Assembly (NCBI GenBank): GCA_947499255.1
Contig: CANMNF010000002.1
Location: 72,430 to 136,429, forward strand
Direction of reading: 5' to 3'
Source of the DNA: an uncultured Sphingomonadaceae bacterium
GTDB taxonomy: Bacteria; Pseudomonadota; Alphaproteobacteria; Sphingomonadales; Sphingomonadaceae
Length of the DNA stretch: 64,000 bases
The notes beneath the pieces were generated by a model. The model made no database searches, was not told the DNA's origin, and worked only from the letters and a program-made list of their open reading frames with translations. Position 1 is the first letter of the stretch, and every line of letters starts with the position of its first letter. The position numbers and the translations under genes were made by a program. Positions 8,948 through 17,642 of this stretch are shown piece by piece.

Positions 8948-10222
8948 TTAGTCTACCGGTGTTTCAATCGGTTCTGCGCCCACCTGACTTTGCGCAAAAG
9001 TTTCAGCAGAGCGCATCACGCGCATCATGTTGCGGCTAGAAATTTGCTCAAGCTCTGCTTGGGTATAACCGCGCCGGGCCAATTCTTCGAACAACAGCCC
9101 ATATCCCGAGACATCCTCCATCCCCACAGGGCCAGGCGGCATCCCATCATAATCCCCGCCGATACCGATATGATTGATACCTGCCACCGCGCGGATATGA
9201 TCGATATGATCAGCAACATCGGATGGCACCACAAGCGGTGTGGGATTGGCCTCATCCCAAGCAGCCAAAGGCGCGATAATTTCATCAGGACGGCCCTGAT
9301 ATAACGCTTCAAGTCGCGCCTGCTCTGCGCTGCGACGAGCAAGATGTTGGCGCAGTTCTTCCAAAACGTAAGCGCGGAAGAAGACCACCATCACGATACC
9401 GCCATTGTCAGGCAACCGCTGCAAAACGCTGTCGGGCACATTGCGCGAATGATCATTGACGCCGCGCGCGCCAGAATGGCTGAAAATAACGGGTGCCTGC
9501 GCCGCATCGAGCGCATCATGCATTGTCGCCTCGCTTACATGGCTTAGATCGACCAGCATCCCCAGCCGGTTCATCTCTTGCACCACTTTCACACCAAAAT
9601 CGGTCAGGCCATTATGCTCCGGCGCGTCTGTCGCGCTATCGGCCCAGCTTGTGTTGCGCGAATGGGTGAGCGTCATATAGCGTACGCCTGCGCCATACAT
9701 CTGCCGTAGCACCGCCAGGCTGGAGCCGATGCCATGCCCGCCTTCCATGCCCAGCATCCCGGCAATCCTGCCTTGCGCCATGCCCGCTTCGATCTCAGCA
9801 GCGGTATGCGCCAGCATCAGATCATCGGGATAGCGTTCGATCAGCCTTTTAGTGACATCGATCTGTTCCAGCACCGATTCAATTGCTTCCGGCTCTGATT
9901 GCCTTGCGGTCACATAAACCGACCACCACTGCGCCCCCACACGGCCTGTACGAAGGCGGGGCAGATCGGTGTGCATCGCTGATCGTTCGGTACGGCCCCA
10001 TCCGGGGGGTTCGTCCGTGGTGTCGTGCAAGTCAAAATTGTTCAGGATATTGCCCCGGCGCGCGCGCAGCTGGATCGGCAAATCATTGTGCCCATCCCAA
10101 ATCGGCGCTGCTTCCAATGCCGCGGCCGCCACCTCTTCGGGCGTTTGCGCAATTGCAGGCGTGATCAGGCTGGCGGGGAATGTGAGAGCCACAGCAATGG
10201 CCAAAGGGCGAAGGAAAGACAT
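8948..10222 (-). CDS. membrane dipeptidase (peptidase family M19), secreted
   Basis: ORF 8948..10228 (TTG); ATG at 10222. Signal peptide. WDGHNDLP, HSRNTSWAD and FSHSGARGV motifs of renal-type dipeptidases. Confidence 0.9.
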   Translation of the reverse strand: MSFLRPLAIAVALTFPASLITPAIAQTPEEVAAAALEAAPIWDGHNDLPIQLRARRGNILNNFDLHDTTDEPPGWGRTERSAMHTDLPRLRTGRVGAQWWSVYVTARQSEPEAIESVLEQIDVTKRLIERYPDDLMLAHTAAEIEAGMAQGRIAGMLGMEGGHGIGSSLAVLRQMYGAGVRYMTLTHSRNTSWADSATDAPEHNGLTDFGVKVVQEMNRLGMLVDLSHVSEATMHDALDAAQAPVIFSHSGARGVNDHSRNVPDSVLQRLPDNGGIVMVVFFRAYVLEELRQHLARRSAEQARLEALYQGRPDEIIAPLAAWDEANPTPLVVPSDVADHIDHIRAVAGINHIGIGGDYDGMPPGPVGMEDVSGYGLLFEELARRGYTQAELEQISSRNMMRVMRSAETFAQSQVGAEPIETPVD

Positions 10223-10316
10223 CGACAATCTCGCTTATCGGGCAGATAGTTGGGACACGTTTGAGAGCCTCGGCGTTCCAATGCAAGGAAACTCATAACA
10301 ATGGAGACTTGTTATC

Positions 10317-10607
10317 ATGGCAATTGAAGCACGCTGGAACGGCGAAGTGATCGCCCGCAGTGAGGCAACCGTAGAGGTTGAAGGCAATCACTATTTCGCG
10401 CCCGAAGACACAGTGATGGAAAAACTTTCGCCCAGCGACACAACCACCCATTGCCCGTGGAAAGGCGATGCCAGCTATTACTCGATTGAAGCTGGCGGCG
10501 CGGTGAACACCGATGCGGCATGGTATTATCCCGCTCCCAAAGATGCAGCGTCCCAAATCAAAGACCGCATCGCTTTCTGGAGAGGCGTCGAAGTCACCCA
10601 GGTATGA
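10317..10607 (+). CDS. DUF427 domain protein
   Basis: 96 aa. EGNHYFAPEDT...THCPWKGDASYYSI is the DUF427 signature. Confidence 0.8.
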   Translation: MAIEARWNGEVIARSEATVEVEGNHYFAPEDTVMEKLSPSDTTTHCPWKGDASYYSIEAGGAVNTDAAWYYPAPKDAASQIKDRIAFWRGVEVTQV

Positions 10608-11050
10608 GCAATGCCGCCACTCTTATCGCGCAGCTTGGGCTGGCGCGGCACCGGGAAGGTGGTTGGTATCGTGAGACATGGCGAGCCCCTTGCGAGGCAG
10701 GAAACAGGGCAAGTGGGACCGCGATTATGTTCTTGCTCGAATCTGGGGACAACTCTCACTGGCATGCCGTTGATGCAACCCAAATCTGGCTTTGGCATGC
10801 CGGAAACCCTCTCAATCTGCGAATCGCACCATCCGAGTCGGGACCGGTGAGCGAGGTTAGACTTGGCCCGGATATCGCTGCGGGAGATAGTGTGCAGCAC
10901 GTTGTCCCGGCGCATCATTGGCAAACAACACACCCGCTTTCCGGCGGGCATGATTACACGCTGGCCTCCTGTGTCGTTTCACCCGGCTTTGATTTTGCAG
11001 GCTTCACTCTGGCACCGCCGGATTGGGAACCGGGGATGGCAGGCACATGA
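10604..11050 (+). CDS. cupin superfamily protein (DUF985)
   Basis: ATG at 10604 overlaps the DUF427 stop (ATGA). LGLARHREGGWYRETW...HWHAVDATQIWLWHAG fits DUF985. Confidence 0.75.
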   Translation: MSNAATLIAQLGLARHREGGWYRETWRAPCEAGNRASGTAIMFLLESGDNSHWHAVDATQIWLWHAGNPLNLRIAPSESGPVSEVRLGPDIAAGDSVQHVVPAHHWQTTHPLSGGHDYTLASCVVSPGFDFAGFTLAPPDWEPGMAGT

Positions 11051-11478
11051 CGCGCAACGTCACAGGTAGGAAAGCGGTTCGTGCGATTGTCATCATCTTG
11101 CTGGCCGCGCTCTATCTGGTGGCGGGGCGTGCGCATATTGTGGACCCCGAGCCCTTCCTCACCATCACGCCTGATTGGGTGCCCTATCCCGAAGCAGTGA
11201 TCTATTGGACCGGCCTTGCCGAAATCGCGGGAGCATTTGCTTTGCTGCAACCTTTTGGCAAACGTTTGCGGCAGGCTGGAGCAATTGGTCTATCGGCATA
11301 TGCGCTGTTCGTGTGGCCGGCCAATTTCAACCACTTACTTATTGATTTAACACGAGAAGATGGCGGATTTGGCCTCGCCTATCACATCCCTCGCCTTGTA
11401 TTTCAGCCCGTTTTGATCTGGGCTCCGCTATGGGTGAGCGGTTGTTTAGGCTGGCCTTTTGCAAAGCGTGAAAGCTAA
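11047..11478 (+). CDS. DoxX-like integral membrane protein
   Basis: ATG at 11047 overlaps the DUF985 stop (ATGA). About 4 hydrophobic segments, with IYWTGLAEIAGAFALL typical of DoxX-like proteins. Confidence 0.65.
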   Translation: MTRNVTGRKAVRAIVIILLAALYLVAGRAHIVDPEPFLTITPDWVPYPEAVIYWTGLAEIAGAFALLQPFGKRLRQAGAIGLSAYALFVWPANFNHLLIDLTREDGGFGLAYHIPRLVFQPVLIWAPLWVSGCLGWPFAKRES

Positions 11479-11514
11479 CGGGCGGGAGCTCCCGTAAAGG
11501 AGCTGCCCGCCCGT
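11478..11514. terminator. bidirectional hairpin terminator between the DoxX-like gene (+) and the SWIB gene (-)
   Basis: ACGGGCGGGAGCTCC / GGAGCTGCCCGCCCGT: about 15-bp GC-rich stem with one bulge and a 6-nt loop. Confidence 0.55.
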
Positions 11515-11543
11515 CAAACACCTAGCGTAAAAGCCGTCAGGAT

Positions 11544-11792
11544 TTAGGTCAGATGCTTGGAGACCGCCGCGGTCATCTTGAACATCGAGATCTGATCCTT
11601 GCCGATCACCGCACCCAGCTTCGCATCGGGATTGATCTGACGCTTGTCCTTGGCATCCTGAAGCTCATGCTTCTTGATGTAGACCCACACTTTTGAAGTC
11701 ACTTCAGCGCGGGTCATCGGACCTTTGCCAACAACCTCTTCGAGTGCCGGTGTCAGGGTGACCGGTTTGGTCAGTGCATTGTTCTTGGCCAT
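11544..11792 (-). CDS. SWIB/MDM2 domain protein
   Basis: 82 aa. LEEVVGKGPMTRAEVTSKVWVYIKKHELQD...QINPDAKL...MFKM is the SWIB fold signature. Confidence 0.85.
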   Translation of the reverse strand: MAKNNALTKPVTLTPALEEVVGKGPMTRAEVTSKVWVYIKKHELQDAKDKRQINPDAKLGAVIGKDQISMFKMTAAVSKHLT

Positions 11793-11838
11793 TTCTCTCT
11801 TCCTTCCATATCAGACAGGCCGATACTGGCAGCGTACT

Positions 11839-12447
11839 TCACTCACCAGCTTCTTCGCCCTCGTCATCCCAATCATAGTCTCCACCTTCTTCGCGCGCAT
11901 AGGTGCCAGAAAGCAAGGCCACGCCCAGCACATGTCCGTCCAATTCGGCGAAAAGTTGCTTGCGTGAGGCACCAGGCATCAAAATCAGCGGCAAATCTGT
12001 CGCGAAAAGCTGAAATACATAATTGTGCGGCTCAGCGCCTGTTGGTGGGTTTGGCAGCAGCCATTCCGAATTGCCTTGTGCGTTTTTGCCAACGCGCGGC
12101 GGCGCTTCGCCTTCCAGCAATTGGCCGCGCTGCGGGGCAAGTCCCCACACAATCCAATGGGTGAGCTGTTTATCATCAGGCGCATCAGCATCTTCCACCA
12201 CCAATACCAGCTCCTGCGTGCCGGGAGGCGGTGCAGACCATTCCAGCGGCGGGGCGACGGCATCTTCCTCATCGGCGGTAAAGCACGGGTCGAGCTCTTC
12301 CCCATCCCCAAAAGCTGCCGAGGTTAGCGTAAAGCCGCCTTTGCCGATCAACCCTTCGCCGCCCAATTGGGCAACAGCGAGCCGCGCATGGCCTGCATGT
12401 GGCGTCTTGAGTGCAGCGGTGAGCCAGGCGGGCAGTGTCTCTGACAT
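11839..12447 (-). CDS. YbhB/YbcL family Raf-kinase-inhibitor-like (PEBP) protein with acidic C-terminal tail
   Basis: ORF 11839..12519; ATG at 12447. VVEDADAPD...THWIVWGL...PPTGAEPHNYVFQLFA are PEBP motifs. Tail EEGGDYDWDDEGEEAGE. Confidence 0.8.
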   Translation of the reverse strand: MSETLPAWLTAALKTPHAGHARLAVAQLGGEGLIGKGGFTLTSAAFGDGEELDPCFTADEEDAVAPPLEWSAPPPGTQELVLVVEDADAPDDKQLTHWIVWGLAPQRGQLLEGEAPPRVGKNAQGNSEWLLPNPPTGAEPHNYVFQLFATDLPLILMPGASRKQLFAELDGHVLGVALLSGTYAREEGGDYDWDDEGEEAGE

Positions 12448-12477
12448 AAGCGGGCCTTTCTTCAGGCGTCTTGTGTT

Positions 12478-12530
12478 CAATGCGATGCGCAATGCACCAG
12501 CGATGCAATAGCGATGCACCAGCTATGCAT
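12478..12530. repeat. five ATGCR-core motifs phased at exactly 11 bp (also readable as an imperfect 22-bp tandem repeat)
   Basis: TCAATGCG, GCAATGCA, GCGATGCA, GCGATGCA and GCTATGCA start at 12478, 12489, 12500, 12511 and 12522, in the divergent PEBP / S41 intergenic region. Confidence 0.8.
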
Positions 12531-12766
12531 GGGGCACCGCGAAATGGGGCCTCGCGATGTGCCCAACGCTCTGGCAGTTTGCAAGGGGGATGCGCGTTCA
12601 TTCTGTCGAAGGCTTGTATATGCTTTAACACAGGCGTGCCGTGACGCATGCACATTTCGCAAATGTAACCACGGGTCTGGTTGCCAACGAAACTGGTTAT
12701 GCGTTATTGATGGAACCCATGGTGACTGCGCAAGACGCTGCACCACAAGCTTGGTAAGTGGTGACT

Positions 12767-14227
12767 ATGCAAACGACCACATGGGCCACCTGGTTGGCTG
12801 CTTTGGTACTGCTGTCCTCTTGTGGCGGTGGCGGTGGCGGTGGTGGCAGTAGTAGCGGTGGCAGCGCCAGCAGTGTTGGCAGTGGCGGGTTTGCAGGAAA
12901 TGGCCCCACGCCCGCACCGGCTGGCTCTGTTTGCTCGCTTTTGGCGCGGCAGCAATTCGTGCGCGATACCTTTGATGAATGGTATCTGTTCCCCGGCCTG
13001 CTCGATACTTCGGTCAATCCCGCGAGCTTCTCGACCGTTCAGGCCTATATCGATGCGTTGGTCGCCCCTGCCCGGGCGCAATCGCGCGATCGCTTTTTCA
13101 GCTTTGTCACCTCTATTGCAGAAGAGAACGCCTTCTTCGATAGCGGGGCGAGTGCCGGCTTTGGCGTGCGCTTGTTCTATGACACAGACAATCGGCGCAC
13201 CTTTGTGATCGATAGCTTTGAAGGCGCGCCTGCGCTTGGTGCCAGCATTGATCGCGGAACAGAGCTGCTCGCGATTGGCACCAATTCCAACAATCTGATC
13301 ACCGTCAATTCGCTCATGGCATCGCAAGGCGCATTTGGCGTCTTCAACGCCCTTGGCCCTGACACGCCGGGCACCATGCGCGTCCTGCGCATTCGCGATC
13401 AAAGCGGGGTTGAGCGTGAAGTATCGCTCACCAAAACCACCTTTGATCTGGATCCGGTATCGGACCGGTTCGGTACGCAGATCATCAATGATAGTGGCAG
13501 ACAAGTGGGATACCTCAATCTGCGCACTTTCATCGGTGCCGCGAATGACGATTTGCGCGCCGCCTATGATGAGTTTCGGCGCGAAGGCGTGACCGAGCTG
13601 ATCATTGATTTTCGCTACAATGGCGGTGGCGCGATATCGACAGCGGAACTGATGGCCGATCTGATGGGCCGCGATTTTGGCGGACAGCTGTTTGACCGCA
13701 TCGCCTATCGTCCGTCCAAAAGCCAGTTCAACGAAGATCACAACTTCATGGTGCGTCCCCAGTCCATGGCACCCACCAAGATCGCCTTTATCGGTACTGA
13801 AGCGACAGCGTCTGCCAGCGAGTTGATCATCAATGGCATGCAACCCTATGTTCCTGAAATTGCGCTGATCGGGTCAAACACCTTTGGCAAACCTGTAGGA
13901 CAGTCCGCATTTGATCTGCCCGCTTGTGATGACCGTGTGCGCGCAGTGACCATCCAGATCGAGAACGCCGATGGTCAGGGCGAGTACTTCCGCGGCCTTG
14001 CCGACACGGTGCCCAATTCCTGCAGCGCGAATGACGATCTGGATTTCCAGCTTGGCGATCCGCGTGAGGAGATGGTGGCAACAGCGCTCGATTTCCTTGC
14101 TGGGCGGCCGTGCAATGCGATTGCAGGTGGCAGCATCACCACCCAAAGCGTGAACGAACGCGGCCTGCTCGAACGCCCCGTGCAAGACCGCAGCGCTGCG
14201 CAGCGCGAAGTGCCGGGGTTCTTCTGA
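12767..14227 (+). CDS. S41 family peptidase lipoprotein with Gly/Ser-rich linker
   Basis: ORF 12758..14227; ATG at 12767. Lipobox LLSSC followed by GGGGGGGGSSSGGS. IIDFRYNGGG and GTEATASASE (Ser nucleophile region). Confidence 0.85.
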   Translation: MQTTTWATWLAALVLLSSCGGGGGGGGSSSGGSASSVGSGGFAGNGPTPAPAGSVCSLLARQQFVRDTFDEWYLFPGLLDTSVNPASFSTVQAYIDALVAPARAQSRDRFFSFVTSIAEENAFFDSGASAGFGVRLFYDTDNRRTFVIDSFEGAPALGASIDRGTELLAIGTNSNNLITVNSLMASQGAFGVFNALGPDTPGTMRVLRIRDQSGVEREVSLTKTTFDLDPVSDRFGTQIINDSGRQVGYLNLRTFIGAANDDLRAAYDEFRREGVTELIIDFRYNGGGAISTAELMADLMGRDFGGQLFDRIAYRPSKSQFNEDHNFMVRPQSMAPTKIAFIGTEATASASELIINGMQPYVPEIALIGSNTFGKPVGQSAFDLPACDDRVRAVTIQIENADGQGEYFRGLADTVPNSCSANDDLDFQLGDPREEMVATALDFLAGRPCNAIAGGSITTQSVNERGLLERPVQDRSAAQREVPGFF

Positions 14228-14276
14228 ACAAGCCTTTTCTGCTCAAAGCCATTGTGATCAAGCCTGTTCTAACCCA

Positions 14277-14717
14277 TCACGGCGACGGCCCCAGATCATC
14301 GCTATTGCGCCACGCACATCCTGCCAGCACTCTATCGCCGATCGCAACAGTGGAGACGAAAGGATAGGTCCGATCGCTCATCCCGTCAGAGCAATCCCCC
14401 GGCGTTATAGCGATGGTGAAGGCTTCGCCATCGAGCAATCCAGTGTAGGATAGCCCTCCGCGCCCGGCAAAGCGTTCCACCACGATAGTGGTGCCATCGA
14501 TATCCTCTGGCGTGGTCCAACGCAGCGCGCTGCCTTTTATCTCTCCGCCCCAAAACGGCTCTGTCCCGGTAAAGCGGATCACGGCACTTTCTGCAATCAG
14601 CGCAAAGGGTTGTGTATCATCGGCATCGCCGGGCACGCCTTCCGGGCCGTCACTGCCCTGACATGCAGGCAGAAGCGCCAAAGCTGCCAAAATGCTCAAA
14701 GTGCTGCGCATGTCCAT
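14277..14717 (-). CDS. lipoprotein, COG3650-like
   Basis: ATG at 14717 or 14711. Lipobox ALLPAC. IRFTGTEPFWGGEI and CSDGMSDRTYP resemble COG3650 proteins. Confidence 0.65.
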   Translation of the reverse strand: MDMRSTLSILAALALLPACQGSDGPEGVPGDADDTQPFALIAESAVIRFTGTEPFWGGEIKGSALRWTTPEDIDGTTIVVERFAGRGGLSYTGLLDGEAFTIAITPGDCSDGMSDRTYPFVSTVAIGDRVLAGCAWRNSDDLGPSP

Positions 14718-14781
14718 ATCCAACGAACTTTCCTTATTCCGGCCCATCACCAATCGCGTGGCTTAGGGCAATGCGCAGCCT

Positions 14782-15237
14782 CTATCCAGCAAGCAAACCC
14801 AGTAGGAAAGTCATCACACCAAGCCCCAGCGACAACGTCAAACGCAGCCTCATCCACCATGGCGGCGCCAATGCGCCAAGCTGGCGATCCACCAGCACAT
14901 TGCCTGCAATCATCAAGCCCAGCACGACAAGCGATGGCCCCGGCCAGCTGAACCCAAGCACCCACGGCACATAGGTCGCCAATGCCAGCAGGCTGGGCGC
15001 AATCGCGGCCAACCACAGCCATCCCGGCACCGCCTCACCTCGCGCCTGTGCACCAGTGGCCAGACCCCACCACATGCCTCCCACAAAGCTGAAGATCAGC
15101 GCGCCATACCCCCACGCAATTGCCAGGCCTGTCCAGCCAAACTCCGGCGGTCCGAACAGCACAGCAAGGAGGCAGGCAAGTTGCGGCAACAGGCCAGCAA
15201 GGCCCAGCCAGCGCGGGAATGGAGGGGTTGATGTCAT
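14782..15237 (-). CDS. DUF3429 membrane protein
   Basis: ORF 14782..15375; ATG at 15237. WLGLAGLLPQL...YGALIFSFVGGMWWG pattern. Confidence 0.75.
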   Translation of the reverse strand: MTSTPPFPRWLGLAGLLPQLACLLAVLFGPPEFGWTGLAIAWGYGALIFSFVGGMWWGLATGAQARGEAVPGWLWLAAIAPSLLALATYVPWVLGFSWPGPSLVVLGLMIAGNVLVDRQLGALAPPWWMRLRLTLSLGLGVMTFLLGLLAG

Positions 15238-15487
15238 GTCCGCACCCCTAAACCAGCACAGCTTTGCTGACGAGTTGGGCTTTGGCCCGGGGTTGGGTCG
15301 GCTGGAGGGCTGCATCAAATCCAACAAAATGGACACATTGGACACAGTCTTGAAGGCAAAAACCCGCCCGCCCATTTTCGCGCCCGAAAGGCAAATGGAG
15401 ATTGGCTACAAAAAGGGCGCGTATCGCGGGCATAACAGTCCCGGCGATACGCGCCCATTTGCAATGTAGGAAAGGGAGTGCGGCGGC

Positions 15488-15832
15488 TTAAAGCACCTTG
15501 TCAGGCGATGGCTCATGCTTGTGTTTTTCCGCTTTGCCGAAATAGCGTGACAGCCGCTCTGCCAGCTTGTTGCCCGCAATCCGCGCGGCGGCATCAACAT
15601 CGCCCGCTTTGCCGGTGACGCCCATTGGCTTATCGCCGCGAATGCGCGCTTCGATGGTGCAATGCTTGTCCGTATCGCCGCCTTTGCGCGCGTTTTCATC
15701 CGAGACATGCACTTCAAGGCGAGTAAGCCGATCTTCAAACCGGGCGAGACGATGACGCAGCTGCGCCTCAATCCGCTCGGCCACATTTTCGGTACCCATA
15801 ACAGAGCTGTCGGAGTTGAACTGGACCTGCAT
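15488..15832 (-). CDS. HPF/RaiA-family ribosome-associated protein (short alphaproteobacterial form)
   Basis: ATG at 15832 with a GAGGAG RBS. MQVQFNSD...RLTRLEVHVSDENARKGGDTDKHCTIEARI matches this family. Confidence 0.75.
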   Translation of the reverse strand: MQVQFNSDSSVMGTENVAERIEAQLRHRLARFEDRLTRLEVHVSDENARKGGDTDKHCTIEARIRGDKPMGVTGKAGDVDAAARIAGNKLAERLSRYFGKAEKHKHEPSPDKVL

Positions 15833-15914
15833 TAAAAACGCTCCTCTCACATGTGATTGTGTACCTTTAATATGGGAGGCAAAACGTAAAGTTCCAGCAA
15901 AACAGGACAAAAAA

Positions 15915-15942
15915 GGGGCGCATCGTTTCACAGATGCGCCCC
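15915..15942. terminator. bidirectional rho-independent terminator
   Basis: AAAA-GGGGCGCATC-(8 nt)-GATGCGCCCC-TTTTT. Sits between two minus-strand genes, so on that strand it terminates the fasciclin gene. Confidence 0.8.
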
Positions 15943-15971
15943 TTTTTGTAGTATTCTTAAATGCTGCGCTA

Positions 15972-16565
15972 TTATGCAGGCATCAAGACCGTATCGATCA
16001 CATGGATTACACCGTTCGATGCATCCACATCGGTTGCGGTCACAGTGGCGGTGCCGCCTGCCGCATCGGTCAGGATAACTGCACCATCAACCAGCGTTGC
16101 TGTCAACGTGCCGCCATTTACGGTTGCCACATCATATCCGGCATCGCCTGCATCGGTAATCGCTGCAATCAATGTCTCGGCATTCACTTCGCCAGCAACC
16201 ACATGATAGGTAAGGATGCTGCCAAGCGTCTCTGTATCATTGGCAACAAGGTTATCGACCACGCCATCGGGCAATGCTGCAAACGCTGCATTGGTTGGCG
16301 CGAACACCGTGAACGGTCCATCGCCCGACAATGTGCCTGCCAGATCAGCTGCGGTTACCGCTGCGACCAGCGTGCTGAAATCATCATTACCCACGGCGAC
16401 ATCAACAATGGTGCCGGGCATTTCCGCTTCGGAATTGGCCATTTCATCGGCCATCGTATCTTCCATCATCGCGTCGTCTGCTGAGCCGTCATCAGCAGCG
16501 CCGCCACATGCGGAAAGCGCCAGTGCGGAGGCAAACAATACGGGTGCAAAAACAGTCTTTTTCAT
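15972..16565 (-). CDS. fasciclin (FAS1) domain lipoprotein
   Basis: ATG at 16565. Lipobox LALSAC. FTVFAPTNAAFAALP and VIHVIDTVLMP are FAS1 H1/H2 motifs. Confidence 0.88.
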   Translation of the reverse strand: MKKTVFAPVLFASALALSACGGAADDGSADDAMMEDTMADEMANSEAEMPGTIVDVAVGNDDFSTLVAAVTAADLAGTLSGDGPFTVFAPTNAAFAALPDGVVDNLVANDTETLGSILTYHVVAGEVNAETLIAAITDAGDAGYDVATVNGGTLTATLVDGAVILTDAAGGTATVTATDVDASNGVIHVIDTVLMPA

Positions 16566-16691
16566 CAAAACAAATCCTTCTTTGGTCCCGTCCATAGAAC
16601 CAATTATGGCAGAATATGGGCAGTTGCAGGGAGGCTTGCGAGATGGACGAAAGGTGGTGCTTTGCGCAAACGGGCTTTAGAAGGCCGCGCC

Positions 16692-17159
16692 ATGACTGAT
16701 CCTGCCTTACCGCCTGTCACCATCCTTGTGGATGCCGATGCCTGCCCTGTGAAAGACGAGATTTACCGCGTGGCCGACCGGTTCAAAGCGCATGTTCGCG
16801 TGGTCAGCAATTCCGCTTTTCGCGTGCCGGTGAGCGAGAGGATCAAGCGCGTGGTCGTCTCTGATAGCTTCGATGCTGCCGACGATTGGATTGCCGAGGC
16901 AGCAGGCGCGCGAACGGTCGTGATCACCGCCGATATATTGCTTACCGAACGTTGCTTGAAAGCAGGCGCACGCGTGCTCAAACATGACGGGCGAGAATTC
17001 GACGCTGCCTCCATCGGCAGCGCAATTGCAACGCGCGCACTAATGGCAGACCTGCGCAGCGGAATGGACGGTATTGGCGGCGGACCACCACCTTTTAGCA
17101 AAGCGGATCGCTCACGGTTCTTGCAAGGGCTGGATAAAGTGCTGGTGGAGCTGGGTTAG
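16692..17159 (+). CDS. YaiI/YqxD family protein (UPF0178)
   Basis: ATG at 16692. ILVDADACPVKDEIYRV is the family N-terminus. Confidence 0.8.
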   Translation: MTDPALPPVTILVDADACPVKDEIYRVADRFKAHVRVVSNSAFRVPVSERIKRVVVSDSFDAADDWIAEAAGARTVVITADILLTERCLKAGARVLKHDGREFDAASIGSAIATRALMADLRSGMDGIGGGPPPFSKADRSRFLQGLDKVLVELG

Positions 17160-17554
17160 CTTTGCGCGATCACGCGCTGGCGGAACCAGTCGGCCAATTC
17201 CTGCTCGTTCAGCTCACCTGCCGCAAGTGACAACACGACGGCAATTGCCTCTCTAGGTGTAAACGTTATGTTTTGTCCGTTCAGCCGCAAAAACAAGCGC
17301 GCAAAGACCCATGCAGTGCGCTTATTGCCGTCAGCAAACGGATGATTGCGCGCAATGCCGAAGGCATAGGCAGACGCCAGCGCGCACAAATCCTCCTCAC
17401 CATAACTCCATTGATTGAGCGGACGCGCCAAAGCGCTTTCAAGCGCTCCTTGGTCGCGCACACCTATGGGTCCGCCATGTTCGGAAAGCTGGCGGTCATG
17501 CACGGCGAGCGCCACTTCTAGGGAGAGCCAGTCGGGTTCCTTGCGGGTGCTCAC
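17156..17554 (-). CDS. doc: type II toxin Doc (Fic/Doc family, death-on-curing)
   Basis: GTG start at 17554. Fic motif HPFADGNKRTAW. 3' end overlaps the yaiI-like gene by 4 bp (convergent). Confidence 0.88.
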   Translation of the reverse strand: MSTRKEPDWLSLEVALAVHDRQLSEHGGPIGVRDQGALESALARPLNQWSYGEEDLCALASAYAFGIARNHPFADGNKRTAWVFARLFLRLNGQNITFTPREAIAVVLSLAAGELNEQELADWFRQRVIAQS

Positions 17555-17642
17555 TCACCCACCCCCAACCCCTCCCGCGCACGGGAAGGGAGCGAGGTTT
17601 GGCGCGCTTGTCGCGCCTGATCGCACCCGGGTGAGCACAGCG
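17555..17642. repeat. 88-bp GC-rich structured spacer between the antitoxin and doc (REP/MITE-like insertion candidate)
   Basis: Bounded by the inverted octamers GTGCTCAC (17547..17554) and GTGAGCAC (17631..17638). Internal hairpins include GGCGCGC-TTGT-CGCGCC. Contains a CCCCAACCCCTCCC tract. Confidence 0.5.

Noticed and set aside
12704-13843. 379-aa minus-strand ORF
   Set aside because: It is antisense to the S41 peptidase gene, which has clear catalytic motifs. No motif of its own.
15833-15910. GGAAC (-35-like) upstream of the HPF/RaiA-like gene as an EcfG promoter
   Set aside because: There is no CGTT or GTT at the required 16-17-nt spacing; the only CGTT is 4 nt downstream. One half-site is not enough.
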